This document shows, piece after piece, positions 1 to 11,361 of a stretch of DNA of 64,000 bases; the first letter of the stretch is position 1, and each line of letters opens with the position of its first letter. Source of the stretch: Tubiluchus corallicola (Eukaryota > Animalia > Priapulida); assembly GCA_030141605.1 (NCBI GenBank), contig JAQGDQ010000022.1, positions 1,054,001 through 1,118,000 on the forward strand, in the 5' to 3' direction. The position numbers and the translations under genes are program-made. The notes under the pieces are model-generated. The model ran no database searches. It was given only the letters and a program-made list of their open reading frames with translations, and had not been told where the DNA came from.

Positions 1-411
1 TACTAATTAGTTTAGTTTTTCTAGTGTAATACGTAATCTTTATTAAAAATACTTTTTACAGAAAAGTATAAAATGTGAAACCAGGATAAAACGTATCTAC
101 GGTGCTTTTTACAGACAAAAATGACAAGTTAAAAGATTACGGATAAAAGCCCAGAGAGCCAAGCCTATTTCCATATTCCCTTCGAAAGATAAATAATTGT
201 TAAGATATACATTTTTTAAACATTTTTTAAAAAGTTTACTACTCTGAGCAAAATGTAGGCGCTCCTTACTCCATAGCTTGTCTGGCATAACTAGGCTCAT
301 ACACGCAGTTTGTTTCCTGCATTAAATGAGGCAGGATTATCCACTATGCACCAGATGAGAACTGAAATTAATGTGTTTTTGTTTTCAGTGATTTGATCTT
401 AATTTTACCAG

Positions 412-515
412 GTGTGGCGGGACGCAGCAGTACAGATATTCTATTCTCTAAGCTGTTGCACCGGCGGACTCATTGCCATGTCCAGTTTCAATAAATTTCA
501 TCATAATACTCACAG
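412..515 (+). CDS. SLC6 (sodium:neurotransmitter/amino-acid symporter) internal exon, TM6; 5' part of the gene lies upstream of the window
   Basis: ttttaccAG|GTGTGG...CACAG|GTaaa. Translates to [34 protein letters not shown], the SLC6 'VWxDAAxQIFYSL' TM6 signature. Confidence 0.95.
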
Positions 516-1728
516 GTAAAATACACAATGTGCAGAGTGTGACAAGCGTGCTTCAAAACGCATGATGTTATTTTAGTTTAAGTAATCCGTTTATGTTAAC
601 TAAGCAAATAAATAGAGGTCAAATAATAATTTGTGAAAGATTTGTATATAAGGTAACACATAAAACTTATTTTAGGAACTAAGAAATTGAAGTTATTTTT
701 ATAGGTTGTACACAAATCAAAAATCAATAATGATAAATTTTACATTTTTTTATCAAGATTTTGCTGAAGCTGACATTGTCAAAACAACCATCGAATATTT
801 GAAAAAATCTTCAAAAGGAATGTACAACTTTTTGGACTGAGCAATTCTTATATAACTCTGTATAGGCTTAACTGAAGAATAGTTAGTTGGCCTCTTGTTT
901 GAGAGTTATGGAGACTTTTATCATACATTGATTGTTTTACCAGCCATGAAATTTAGTTTGAATTAGAGTGGAAACGCTAATGTGGTTGGATACGGCACAC
1001 GTCAAGTAAAATGTTATATATCTCCGGTACTTCTGGTATGACTTCCGCTTTATAAAAGCTCCCACCAGTGTTGCGTAAGCTACGAAATCTTGCCATTTAC
1101 TCATTATGCGACTAACAACGAGTATTCTAAATTTTTAGGAAAAAACAATGACAATAACATGACCAAGAGCTAGGGATCCCCCATCTTTTCATGTCGGTTC
1201 AAAAAATATAACATTGATTCGCTACTTCCGTGGCTAATTTATACAACTTGTAGTAATACCTTCATGGCTCTGAAAATATTTAACATAAACTTTTATAATA
1301 CCTTATAATGCACAAATTACTAATTTTATTTACTGTTTGTTTTTTTTTTGACTGAAATTTTCAAATTGTACATTTAATTTCAATTGCCTACAGTTTTTTT
1401 ACTTTTGACGGACCCTATAATTGCAGTGAATCTGTTTGGGTGATAGAAACAAGGGTAATTAATGCATAAATTTTTACAAAATAATTATTTGTTCAGGAGT
1501 CAATGTTAAGCTGACCATGAACCGCTACGATGATCAAAAAATGTGATCGAACCCGATTTTCTAGTACTACACATTAAGAAAGTTCGTTTATTAAACAACT
1601 AAGTTTCTTAATTCTTTGCTATTTTTTACTATTAGAAAAGAACACTTACCTCAGCCATATACCGCTTCATTGTGCACGTATAGTTTAATTATTATCAATT
1701 GTAAGCCAAAACATTTGTGTAAATACAG

Positions 1729-1853
1729 GGATGCAATATTGATACCGATTATTAACTGTGCAACCAGCATCTACGCAGGCATGGCTGTTTTTTCGACACT
1801 CGGTTTCATGGCGCTTGAAAAAAATACAACAGTGGCAGAAGTAGCCGAACAAG
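1729..1853 (+). CDS. SLC6 exon, TM7
   Basis: 125 nt, AG/GT bounded, phase-compatible with both neighbours. (R)DAILIPIINCATSIYAGMAVFSTLGFMALEKNTTVAEVAEQ(G). Confidence 0.95.
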
Positions 1854-2609
1854 GTTTGTACAAACACATAAAATGACGTACTATTCATAGAATCAACTAG
1901 CATGGCTGAATAGACGAACTTATAGTGGACTAATTGTTTGTGAAAATATTTTAATATGGTATTTGTAAATATGTTCATTATATTGTATATAGTTTTTAGT
2001 TTAGCACTTTAGTTTTTTTAGTATGCACTGGACGCATTTGTCTTGAACAGTGTTGTAATGAGGGAACCGTTTTTATGACAAATAAAGAATTAATATATAT
2101 AATATATATATATATATATAAGTAACCGAGCAAAATTTGTATAGGCCGCAAAGGCAAGGTAAAAAAGGTGATATTTGCATTAATTTTGTGTTGTGCATTG
2201 TCATCCTCACGCAAAATTTCAAAATGAAAATTGCACATTTGCTTGATCGTGCAATACGTACGACTGTACCTACTGAATTATGGAATAATTTATGGAGACT
2301 AAGAAAAAATTGACTTCAGGAGCACTCGGCTGTCTTACGTCTAAGAATCTCCAGGGCAAAATTGTAAAAATTTGCATGAACAAAATTAGGAACTAGTAAA
2401 AAAATCTGTCTTTTTTCCATTAAAGTAGTGATAATCAAGTAGTTGAGTAGTTAACACTGTACTGTGATTCTAGCAAGAGATCATTAGCAAGCAAGAAAAT
2501 AAAGGACTAAATCACGAATGACATTCTATTAGCCTATATATAATTATACCCGCAGTCGTTCTATTACATGTATATGCCAACACTTCTTGTTTTTACTTTT
2601 GCTTTTCAG

Positions 2610-2722
2610 GACCCGGCTTGGTGTTTGTCGTTTATCCGGAAGCTTTGGCTAACATGCCCGTTGCTCCAATGTGGTCAATTCTTTTCTTTTTTATGATGAT
2701 CATTTTAGGGTTTGGATCTCAG
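2610..2722 (+). CDS. SLC6 exon, EL4-TM8
   Basis: 113 nt after a strong pyrimidine tract. [38 protein letters not shown] contains the SLC6 GPGLxFxxYPEA motif. Confidence 0.96.
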
Positions 2723-2971
2723 GTAGGCTAAATAAAGTAATGACATATTATTTCTTACCCTTAAAAAGAGAAAGCAAATTGTATAGTTGACAACATCATA
2801 CTACTATTCGTGACGGAGTGAAGATTATTGAAAAATAAGCTTTTTTGTAAAATGTGTTTACATTATGGACTTGTAAAACAAAGTGACAGAGTGCACTGGG
2901 GCCATGTGACAGTTTGTCAAGGTGAGTTCGTAAAACTATATATTCAAAATAAATTTTCATTTATGCTACAG

Positions 2972-3109
2972 TTTACCATTATGGAAGCAATCATGTCTGC
3001 TTTGTTGGATCAGTTTCATGGAATACGTGACAGCACCCTTCGCAGCATCATTTTCCGGTTTTGCTGTTGCGCTTTTGGCTTCCTCATAGGCCTTCCCATG
3101 GTTACAAGG
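2972..3109 (+). CDS. SLC6 exon, TM8 end-TM9
   Basis: 138 nt, phase 0/0, ctacAG|...AGG|GTgag. FTIMEAIMSALLDQF...FLIGLPMVTR. Confidence 0.93.
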
Positions 3110-3414
3110 GTGAGATTATTTCAAACTTTTTGTACGGTTACTTCTGTGTAATTAACATCTGCGAAATTTGGCAAGTGACAGAAACACAGAAAGAGGGAGA
3201 GAGTAACAAAAATGAGAAGGGAGGAAAAGCAAAGGGAGGCGGAAAACTAAGAGAAGAAGAGAGAAGGAAAGAGAAAGAAAGAGAAAAATGAGAGAGAGAG
3301 AGTGAGGGAGAGAAAGGGAAGAGAGGAGAGGAAGGAAAAAACGAAAGAGTGCGAAAGAAAGAAAAGTAAACCGTTTATATGTGAATAAGCCGATAATTTT
3401 TATGAATCTTACAG

Positions 3415-3514
3415 GCTGGTCAATACATAGTTACATTGGTGGATGAAAGCGTGGGCGGCTTGCCTTTAATAATCATCGGCTTTGCAGAAGTGATGGCAAT
3501 TAACTGGGTTTACG
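3415..3514 (+). CDS. SLC6 exon, TM10
   Basis: 100 nt. AGQYIVTLVDESVGGLPLIIIGFAEVMAINWVY(G), donor G|GTAAG. Confidence 0.94.
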
Positions 3515-3799
3515 GTAAGCTCTGCGCGTTTATTTATTCAGCTCTCATAAAACATACTAGTAATTTGAGTAGTAGACAAAGTGAAATGGTTTTGTTGGAC
3601 CAACGAGCTGCAACAGAATTAGTTATAAATAATTATCAAATCACACTGTCGTTTTCGTCATTGTCGTCATTGTGTCCCAGTGTCTAGTTTTCAGAGGTTT
3701 GATAGTGAAACCCGCATTCCGGTCGCGCCACAACAGTTACATTAAGTAATAAGCAGACGTGCTCTATCCTTGCACATTGCTCAACAGTGTCTGCAAAAA

Positions 3800-3901
3800 A
3801 TCATCATCACCGTCGTCATCATTGTCATTATTATTATTGTGGCCCTCATTTTCATTGTTGTCATCGTCATCATTATCACGATTATCATTCTCCATCATCA
3901 C

Positions 3902-3932
<31 letters not shown>

Positions 3933-3998
3933 GTCATCGTCATCACTATTATCATCATTTTCAGAGTCCTCATTATTATTATTGTGGTTGTTGTTGTT

Positions 3999-4029
<31 letters not shown>

Positions 4030-4040
4030 TCATCATCATT
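3800..4040. repeat. Compound trinucleotide microsatellite (ATC/GTC/ATT/GTT)n in an SLC6 intron
   Basis: Directly visible; source of the poly-I/H/S/M ORFs in the track. Confidence 0.95.
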
Positions 4041-4081
4041 TTAATCGTAGTCCTCGTTATTAAAGAAATTTTTTGCTTTAG

Positions 4082-4182
4082 GTTTTTACAAATTTGCGGA
4101 AGACATAGAAATGATGATTGGAAAAAAGCCAAGCATTTATTGGCACATCTGCTGGCGGTACATTGCTCCTGCCATTCTATTG
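4082..4182 (+). CDS. SLC6 exon, IL5-TM11
   Basis: 101 nt. GFYKFAEDIEMMIGKKPSIYWHICWRYIAPAILL (SLC6 'DIxxMIG..P..YW..CW' motif), donor TTG|GTGAG. Confidence 0.95.
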
Positions 4183-4496
4183 GTGAGGCTCCTCTTACAG
4201 CCATTACGACAATTTTAAAAGTTGAGAATTGTAATTAAGCCCAAGCCACGTAGGCAAAAAGACAATTAATTGGTTGTGAGATCAAGTAGCGTTAAACCTA
4301 AAGATTAAACCTCATTCTGGTGTTCGGTTAGACGCAGAACTTGAATGACTAAAAGCTTCATTAAATATTAAGCGAAAAGATACATATGCAATTTAGTGTT
4401 CCTTACTTCAGGCACCAGCCTAACACAGGTGCAATACGTAGTTGTTCTCGGAAAACAAAAATTGAAAATTCGTCATTTGAGTTTTGGATTTTACAG

Positions 4497-4679
4497 GTTG
4501 TGTTCGTTATGAGCTGTGTGCAATACGAGCCCATCACTTACTATACACCAACAGCTGAAGGAGGTGTATACATCTATCCAGACTGGTGTGTAGCATTCGA
4601 GTGGATTATCGTTTCGTTGCCCTTAGGAGTAATCATTGGTGCTTTTTTCTACATATACTGCTCGCGTGGAGGCTGGGAG
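4497..4679 (+). CDS. SLC6 exon, TM11 end-TM12; ends at a GC donor
   Basis: 183 nt, phase 0/0. VVFVMSCVQYEPITY...YIYPDWCVAFEWIIVSLP...RGGWE. Donor GAG|GCAAGT is the site that keeps frame with the last exon. Confidence 0.9.
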
Positions 4680-4884
4680 GCAAGTATAAGACACAGTTAG
4701 AAGCATAGGACTAAATACTTGTTGTCTGTTCTGTTTGACTGTACAGACTAATCTGTTTGCCTGACTGACGGACTGACTAACTGACTGGATGACTGATCGA
4801 CTTAAATGAGTGAATGAATAAATGAATAAATAAAAGAAGGAATGGACGCATAATTAACGAACGAATGAAACTGGATGAAAGAAA

Positions 4885-5228
<344 letters not shown>

Positions 5229-6154
5229 AATTGAATGAATAAATGATGGACCAGGCTTACCGAGTGACCAACCAGTCACCCAAGTTGGTCAGTCAAAGCT
5301 TCAACACAGCCACACGATAACAGTGTATGTTTAAAATTAAAAAAGATCTAATAAGTCGACAGACACTAGATTCTATTAATAATCATGATTGGCTATAATT
5401 TACAATTATCTCAGAACCTATTAGTTTTAAAAAAGTTGACAAAGTTTGAAAAACGTTGCGATATCAAATGTCTTCTCGTACATTTAGTGCTTGAAAAACT
5501 GAGATTACTACAACAAAGTGATTTTTCTTTTAGCGTGTTTATATTGTTAACGTGTAACGTTATAACTATAATACTTAACTTATGATAAGCCAAGTTAAGG
5601 TTTCACAAATAAAATTTGATACTATTTTTAAAAAGCGAATTACAAGTTTATGTAGGCCTAATAAAAAATATTTTGAGGAGATTCTTATTAGAATTGTATA
5701 TCTCCACTGAAGCAAACCAATACTCTATCATTTAGTTTTAGGTTGAGCTTTGGCTTAAGAAATTGTCAGTCTGATGGTTAACATAACAATAGTTATTCTC
5801 TGCTTTATTTTTTCAACACAATTCCTGTATGTTTCGACTGAGAATCTGGGAATTCTCCTGCTTAAAAAAATAGTAAACGGAACTCTCTTTGATAAAAAAA
5901 ACCACAGGGGCAATTTCTGTTATTGTTTTCTTAACCAGGAGGCTTCTGACCCAAAACGAAATTAAGGAAAAGGGTAAAGCAAAAATTTCTTGATAACTTA
6001 CTATACTGTTTGTGACTGTTCTAGTTATTGCTTTGTTAATTAGTTTGAGTGACGTACACAAGAAATTGTAGTTTATCCTTTAAATTTTTTATCAACAATT
6101 GTAGAGTTAGAATTACCTTAGAGTTTTTGGGTGAAATGTGTTTCCCTCTTCTAG

Positions 6155-6382
6155 GCACTCAAAAAAGCTAAAGAACCAGATTGGGACTGGGGACCAGCAG
6201 AAACTGTAGCTCGTTTTAAACGTGCCAGCGAATCGAAGCCAATTATTAGGACTATCAGTCAAGAGCTGGCCATGGCAAACAGCATGACAACCATATCAAC
6301 CGATATAGCTCCAAATGGAACACTAGGCATAATTAATCCGAGCATTGAAGACAATGAAAAGAAAAAAACGAGTTTCTTTTAG
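6155..6382 (+). CDS. SLC6 terminal coding exon (cytoplasmic tail)
   Basis: tttccctcttctAG| then ALKKAKEPDWDWGPAETV...NEKKKTSFF*. Has the SLC6 C-tail 'PxxxWGP' motif. AATAAA at 6766 and 6862. Confidence 0.88.
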   Translation, partial: ALKKAKEPDWDWGPAETVARFKRASESKPIIRTISQELAMANSMTTISTDIAPNGTLGIINPSIEDNEKKKTSFF

Positions 6383-7182
6383 AAAACCACTTTACACTGC
6401 TAAAATTGTTGTTTGGACCACTATTGAATCCAACTCACATTTTTTTACACGTTTAATCGGTCAACAGGGTTTATTTTTAGGCGTGAGATGATTAAATACA
6501 GGGTGAAGACTTATAGCGGTAGGATAGTGAAGGCAATGTGTGGCCATAGCGTTCAACACTTGTGTGCTTAGTGAGACAAAATTAAGCCGTTAAAGTGATA
6601 TTAACATGACAGTCTAAACCATGCGTTAATTACAAGATATATTAACTCTTTTGTCGAATACCAAACCACTTATTTCGACACAATTTATTTTACCACAAAA
6701 GATGAGAAAAGTAGCTAAGTGGCTATAGTGTGTGCTTTGTCACTGAAGGTAAGCAAAGTTTGGCCAATAAATAGATGAGCATTGGTAAGCACTCTCTGGC
6801 AATGAATGCTGGATCACAGCTTACACGGAATCAAACAGCCTGAAAAACAGGAATACCTGCTAATAAATCAACATAGTAATTATGGGCTTTGTACTTCTGC
6901 CAAAATGGCATTTTCATACATGTATCTAACTGTGTAGTGTGTGAACTAGATTTCCAAAGAAGATAGCGGTTTATAGCTAATTGCTTTCATGATTTTTATT
7001 AAATTCACGTGCGTCCCCTGATTCCTTCTAACCAGAACATAATTATACCCTGAGAACTGTACATAGACAAATATATGAATAACTTCAAGAAAGATCTCTG
7101 GGAAAATTAGTTCAGTTTGAAGTCACAATACTACCAAAAATAATTACTAATGAAAAAATTTATGAAGCTTACAGATAATTCT

Positions 7183-7288
7183 TACGAAAGCGTATTAGGG
7201 CCATGATATCCGATTATAAAAACATCTGGTTATAACCAATTTTTTGCCATCCGATAGTCGGATATTATGGCTCTAAAACGCTATCGTA
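7183..7288. repeat. 106-bp inverted repeat with 35-bp arms; small MITE or RNA hairpin
   Basis: 7183-7217 is the reverse complement of 7254-7288 at 30/35 positions. It begins and ends with TA. Confidence 0.85.
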
Positions 7289-7962
7289 CATTCTTAATTA
7301 CTGATGTTTTTGCTTTTTTGACTGCAAATAACCCAACTACCATATACGAAAGTTAGAAAAGCACTTGTGGAATGTGAAATTAGCGAAAGTACATAGCGTG
7401 GTACAATTTCTTTTTTCTTCAAATTCATTTATTATTACTTGTGTGTAATTACTCTTGCTGTGTGCATATTAAGACCATAAATTCAAAAACGTCCATGTAA
7501 ACAGAAGTATAGAAGGGCGCGTTCTTGCTGCCTCTCTGGACAATTTGCTGATATTAAAATTTGCTCTTCAAAATATTCACCGTTTACCAGAATATGGTAA
7601 TACAGAAGCGTTCATAAACGGTACATTTATTTGAATGACTTTACGCTTTTTGAATGTTTTTTCTTAAATCGCTGCCCTCCTGTAATATTTCTATCCGGGA
7701 AGCTGATTGCAGCGTGTAATTGCATAATCTGACATATGAGTAAAACATATCCTCCAATCAGCTACATGTGCAAAACTACATTCATCAAAAATCGCTCCTC
7801 ACCAGTTGTTAGTCCTCAGTGGATTAGTGCTGATGTTAGGCAAGTGCAGTGTCACTAACACCTCTCTTGCCACTATTACAAATCATTTCATGAAATGCGG
7901 TTATGCTGTTCGAAAACTTTTTGCTGTTTCTGCATTGCTTGCTGCTGCTGCTTCCTCTGTTG

Positions 7963-9396
7963 CTATTGCTGGTGCTGTTGTTGTTCTTCTTGTTGCTGCT
8001 GTCCAGTTTGCAGCTGTTGCTGTACTTCTTGCTGTTCAGCACTGACTTCCACTACTAGAGAGTTTGAGTGGTCAGAATCCTTAACTGCAGCCACTGGTTC
8101 AGCAGCATTCTCAGCTTTCTTCTCGATTTGAGACGCTACAGCTTCTTTACTTGCTGACTTATTCAATCCTTCAACTTCTTTGAGTTTTATTTGTTTTAGC
8201 TCTACGTCTAAGGAATCGCGTGACTGCTTGCCCTCAGAAGATGTCGCGTAACTGTCCGTTTTCTTACTACCAAATAGTGTTAACACCGTAGAAAGGGTTT
8301 TTAAATACTTAGGTGAGCTTGATGATTGAGATGTATTCTTCCGCCGTCGCACTACTTTTCGCCCCCCACAGATCTTTGCCCAGTCTGTAATCATGCCCTT
8401 GAAGCTCTTCCTGAAGGCATCATTGTAGAACGAATAAATGATGGTATTCAGCCAAGTATTGGTGACACACAATATCTGCTCAAAGTGAATTAGGAATGCC
8501 ATCGTTTTTTCTTGCTCTGTAGTGGCGCTACCGTAACCAAGTACCCGAGTAAACTGAATGACAAACACAGGCAAGAAACAAAGTGCAAACAACATCACAA
8601 TTGAGATCAACATTTTGATTGCCTTCTGACGCTGAGTTATGGATTCCTTTGGCAGGAATTTTCTTTCAGTGTTTTGTTTCCCCCATAAAATAAAACAAAC
8701 CCTCCCATACATGCCACCAATTACCAATAATGGTATAATGTATAGAATCAAACAAAGAACTACTGTGATGATTACTGCATTAGCATTGTTTTGTGGCCTA
8801 GCACAATAATAAACTATGGTTGAATTAACTCGTTTTTTTGCTACGCCATTGGAAGAATTTACAGTCTGAGATCCAGCCTCGAGTTCTGTGGAGTTGAAGA
8901 ATGCCGCCATTTTGGCCTTGTGATAGGCCATGGCGGCAAAATAACTCATCAGCACATTATAGACGATGTAACAAGACGCCACAACCCAGATGATGACAAC
9001 AGAAATGATGGTTCGCCGCTTGCCGAACTTCGCCTTAGACGGTTGAGCAATTGCGCGAAATCTATCACAAGCAATAGCGATCATCGTGAACAGACTACAG
9101 ATGTAGTTAAACTGGATAACGTAATACACCTTCAACCACTTACAGTTTTGAGGGAAGTCCTCCTGTGTAAAGAAGAGGACACGAATGAACGCGCACATGC
9201 TTATGCCCACCATTAAGTCTGCACAAGATAAAGACATGATGTAGATGTTGACCTGAGTCTTCATATCCTTGTTCCATAAGAACGTTAATATGATGGCCAG
9301 ATTGAATAAAATGATGAGACATACAGTGAGTATGTACAAAGCGACAACTGCTTCCCACCATCCTGGTGGCAAAAAGTACAAGAACGTCTCTGTCAT
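7963..9396 (-). CDS. Class A (rhodopsin-like) GPCR, peptide-receptor-like, intronless CDS, 477 aa
   Basis: Seven hydrophobic segments with FN (TM1), SLSCADL (TM2), Cys before TM3, DRF, W4.50, an ECL2 Cys, YIIP (TM5), FALCFLP (TM6), NTIIY plus helix 8 FRKSF. An in-frame TAA six codons upstream supports this ATG. Ligand class cannot be assigned. Confidence 0.93.
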   Translation of the reverse strand: MTETFLYFLPPGWWEAVVALYILTVCLIILFNLAIILTFLWNKDMKTQVNIYIMSLSCADLMVGISMCAFIRVLFFTQEDFPQNCKWLKVYYVIQFNYICSLFTMIAIACDRFRAIAQPSKAKFGKRRTIISVVIIWVVASCYIVYNVLMSYFAAMAYHKAKMAAFFNSTELEAGSQTVNSSNGVAKKRVNSTIVYYCARPQNNANAVIITVVLCLILYIIPLLVIGGMYGRVCFILWGKQNTERKFLPKESITQRQKAIKMLISIVMLFALCFLPVFVIQFTRVLGYGSATTEQEKTMAFLIHFEQILCVTNTWLNTIIYSFYNDAFRKSFKGMITDWAKICGGRKVVRRRKNTSQSSSSPKYLKTLSTVLTLFGSKKTDSYATSSEGKQSRDSLDVELKQIKLKEVEGLNKSASKEAVASQIEKKAENAAEPVAAVKDSDHSNSLVVEVSAEQQEVQQQLQTGQQQQEEQQQHQQ

Positions 9397-10427
9397 GTTT
9401 CGCGGTCGTTTTTTTTAGGAAACAACGAAGATTTTAAATGGCGCTTGGCAGGAACCAATCTTGGCAGGAGTCAGAAGATTGTTTTGGTTGCACAGCTTGA
9501 ACTTAGCCACGTCAGATATTTATTTTTAAAATATATAAAACTGAAAGTCAATTCATTAACAGTGGCGAGCTTCTCTGTCGCTCTACTGCTATCTTCATGA
9601 ACTTGGACTGGTCCATCAAACTGTTAAACACAATTGTATCCATGCAACGATGTTCCTCTGGTCTGCAAAAATGATTACGAAAACTAATATTGAGCTTTGC
9701 CTTTATCACAAATAATTATGATACACAAAATGTTAATTTCACGTATTATTTAGTTACACTAAACGAATTAATGCACTTAAAATCTAATTTTTACCACAAA
9801 TATATCTAAGTCTGATAACTATATAATCTAGTGTAATTCACAGTCCAATATGGACTAATTTAGAACGACAGAGAAACTATATAGACTAATTCACAATGCG
9901 ACATCAACACTTGATGTATAAAATGTATGTGTCATAGATATTTTAGTGCAAGCTACAGCATTACAAATTTGATGTGAAAGTCTTGCTGTTACCTGACTTA
10001 TTGAGCTATAAGGTAAGTGAATAAAAAACCGGCTATTGTTCAGCCCATTCAGGCTGTATGGCACACCATGAAGAAGTCACCATCCTAAACCACCGCCTGT
10101 TACACTACGTGTATGGATAACTTAAACCATACGTAGGTTCATAGACAACATTGCCCACTTAAAACTGAAAAGCGACTCCAACTAGTGTCACCCATTTGCT
10201 TAAATTACAATGTGCCGTTGGGTCTTCTTAAATTATTCTAAAACAACAGTTATGTATAACTGAGCTGTAGGACCATCAGTCCAGACACTTTTAGTGAAGG
10301 TATATAAACAATTAGTTGCCTGAAATGTTTTGCTATTTCAAATTTCAAATAGAATTCTGCAAACGTATCATGGTCCAAAGCATTATTGTCGTTTATATTA
10401 TCGTCATTGTTTCAGACTGTATCAGGT

Positions 10428-10449
10428 ATCATTATCATTATCATCATCA

Positions 10450-10485
<36 letters not shown>

Positions 10486-10530
10486 TCATCGTCATCATCA
10501 TCATCGGCGTTGTCATCTCATCATCATCAG
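10428..10530. repeat. (ATC)n/(GTC)n microsatellite
   Basis: Directly visible. Confidence 0.95.
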
Positions 10531-11196
10531 TGTCAACGGTCATGAAGTTCTTCTACCCTGGGTCGCTTTTCTGCCCAATATAAATAGCCATAAAGTAAAC
10601 ATTCGGGAAATTAAGCCGCCTGCGAGAAAAACTTCTGGTTTAGTAGTCGCTCATAAAGTAGTAAATCATCCTTGATTCAACTATTGGCTTACTGGAGTGG
10701 GATATATATTGCTGTTAGCTTACAGAAGTGGGAGATATATTGCTATCAGCTTACAGGAATGGGAGATATATTGCTTATTTTCACTTGTGTTAGATTGCTT
10801 GATGTTACAGAAAGCTTAAACTTACACAAACTAAAACAAAAAAGTTGTACAATTGTGCATGATTAGAAATAGATCATACTAGCACTTGTGATAGCATAAA
10901 TCCGAATTAAATAACTTTTCATAAATTAAAAAATATCTAGAAAAAATCATTTTTTTAATTTAGAAAAGTTGTTTAAATTTTTCTTGCTACGCGAACGACG
11001 CAAGCTTACACGATGTATGAAATAAAAATTTCCATCGCTCGATCAAAATAAGTTGTGTCAGGCTGCTACCACCTAACGGCCAGATTGACATCAGTTATGC
11101 TAAAATACAAACCGCGCGGTATGATTGTGTAATGTATATATACAGTTTTTAACATTAATTTCATGAAGGCCTTTTCGCTCCAATTTCAGTTGGCTT

Positions 11197-11361
11197 TAGC
11201 AAAATTAGCATAATGGCATTTTTGGCTAACCTTATTTTGAAAACTAATTTGCAATGATAGCCACAATATCAACTAGCAAAGGCTTTAGCTAATTTCCCTC
11301 TAGCAAAATTAGTATAATGGCATTTTTGGCTAAACTTATTTTGAAAACTAATTTGTAATGA
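11197..11361. repeat. Local direct duplication of about 60 bp
   Basis: TAGCAAAATTAG[C/T]ATAATGGCATTTTTGGCTAA[C/A]CTTATTTTGAAAACTAATTTG[C/T]AATGA at 11197 and 11301. Confidence 0.9.
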
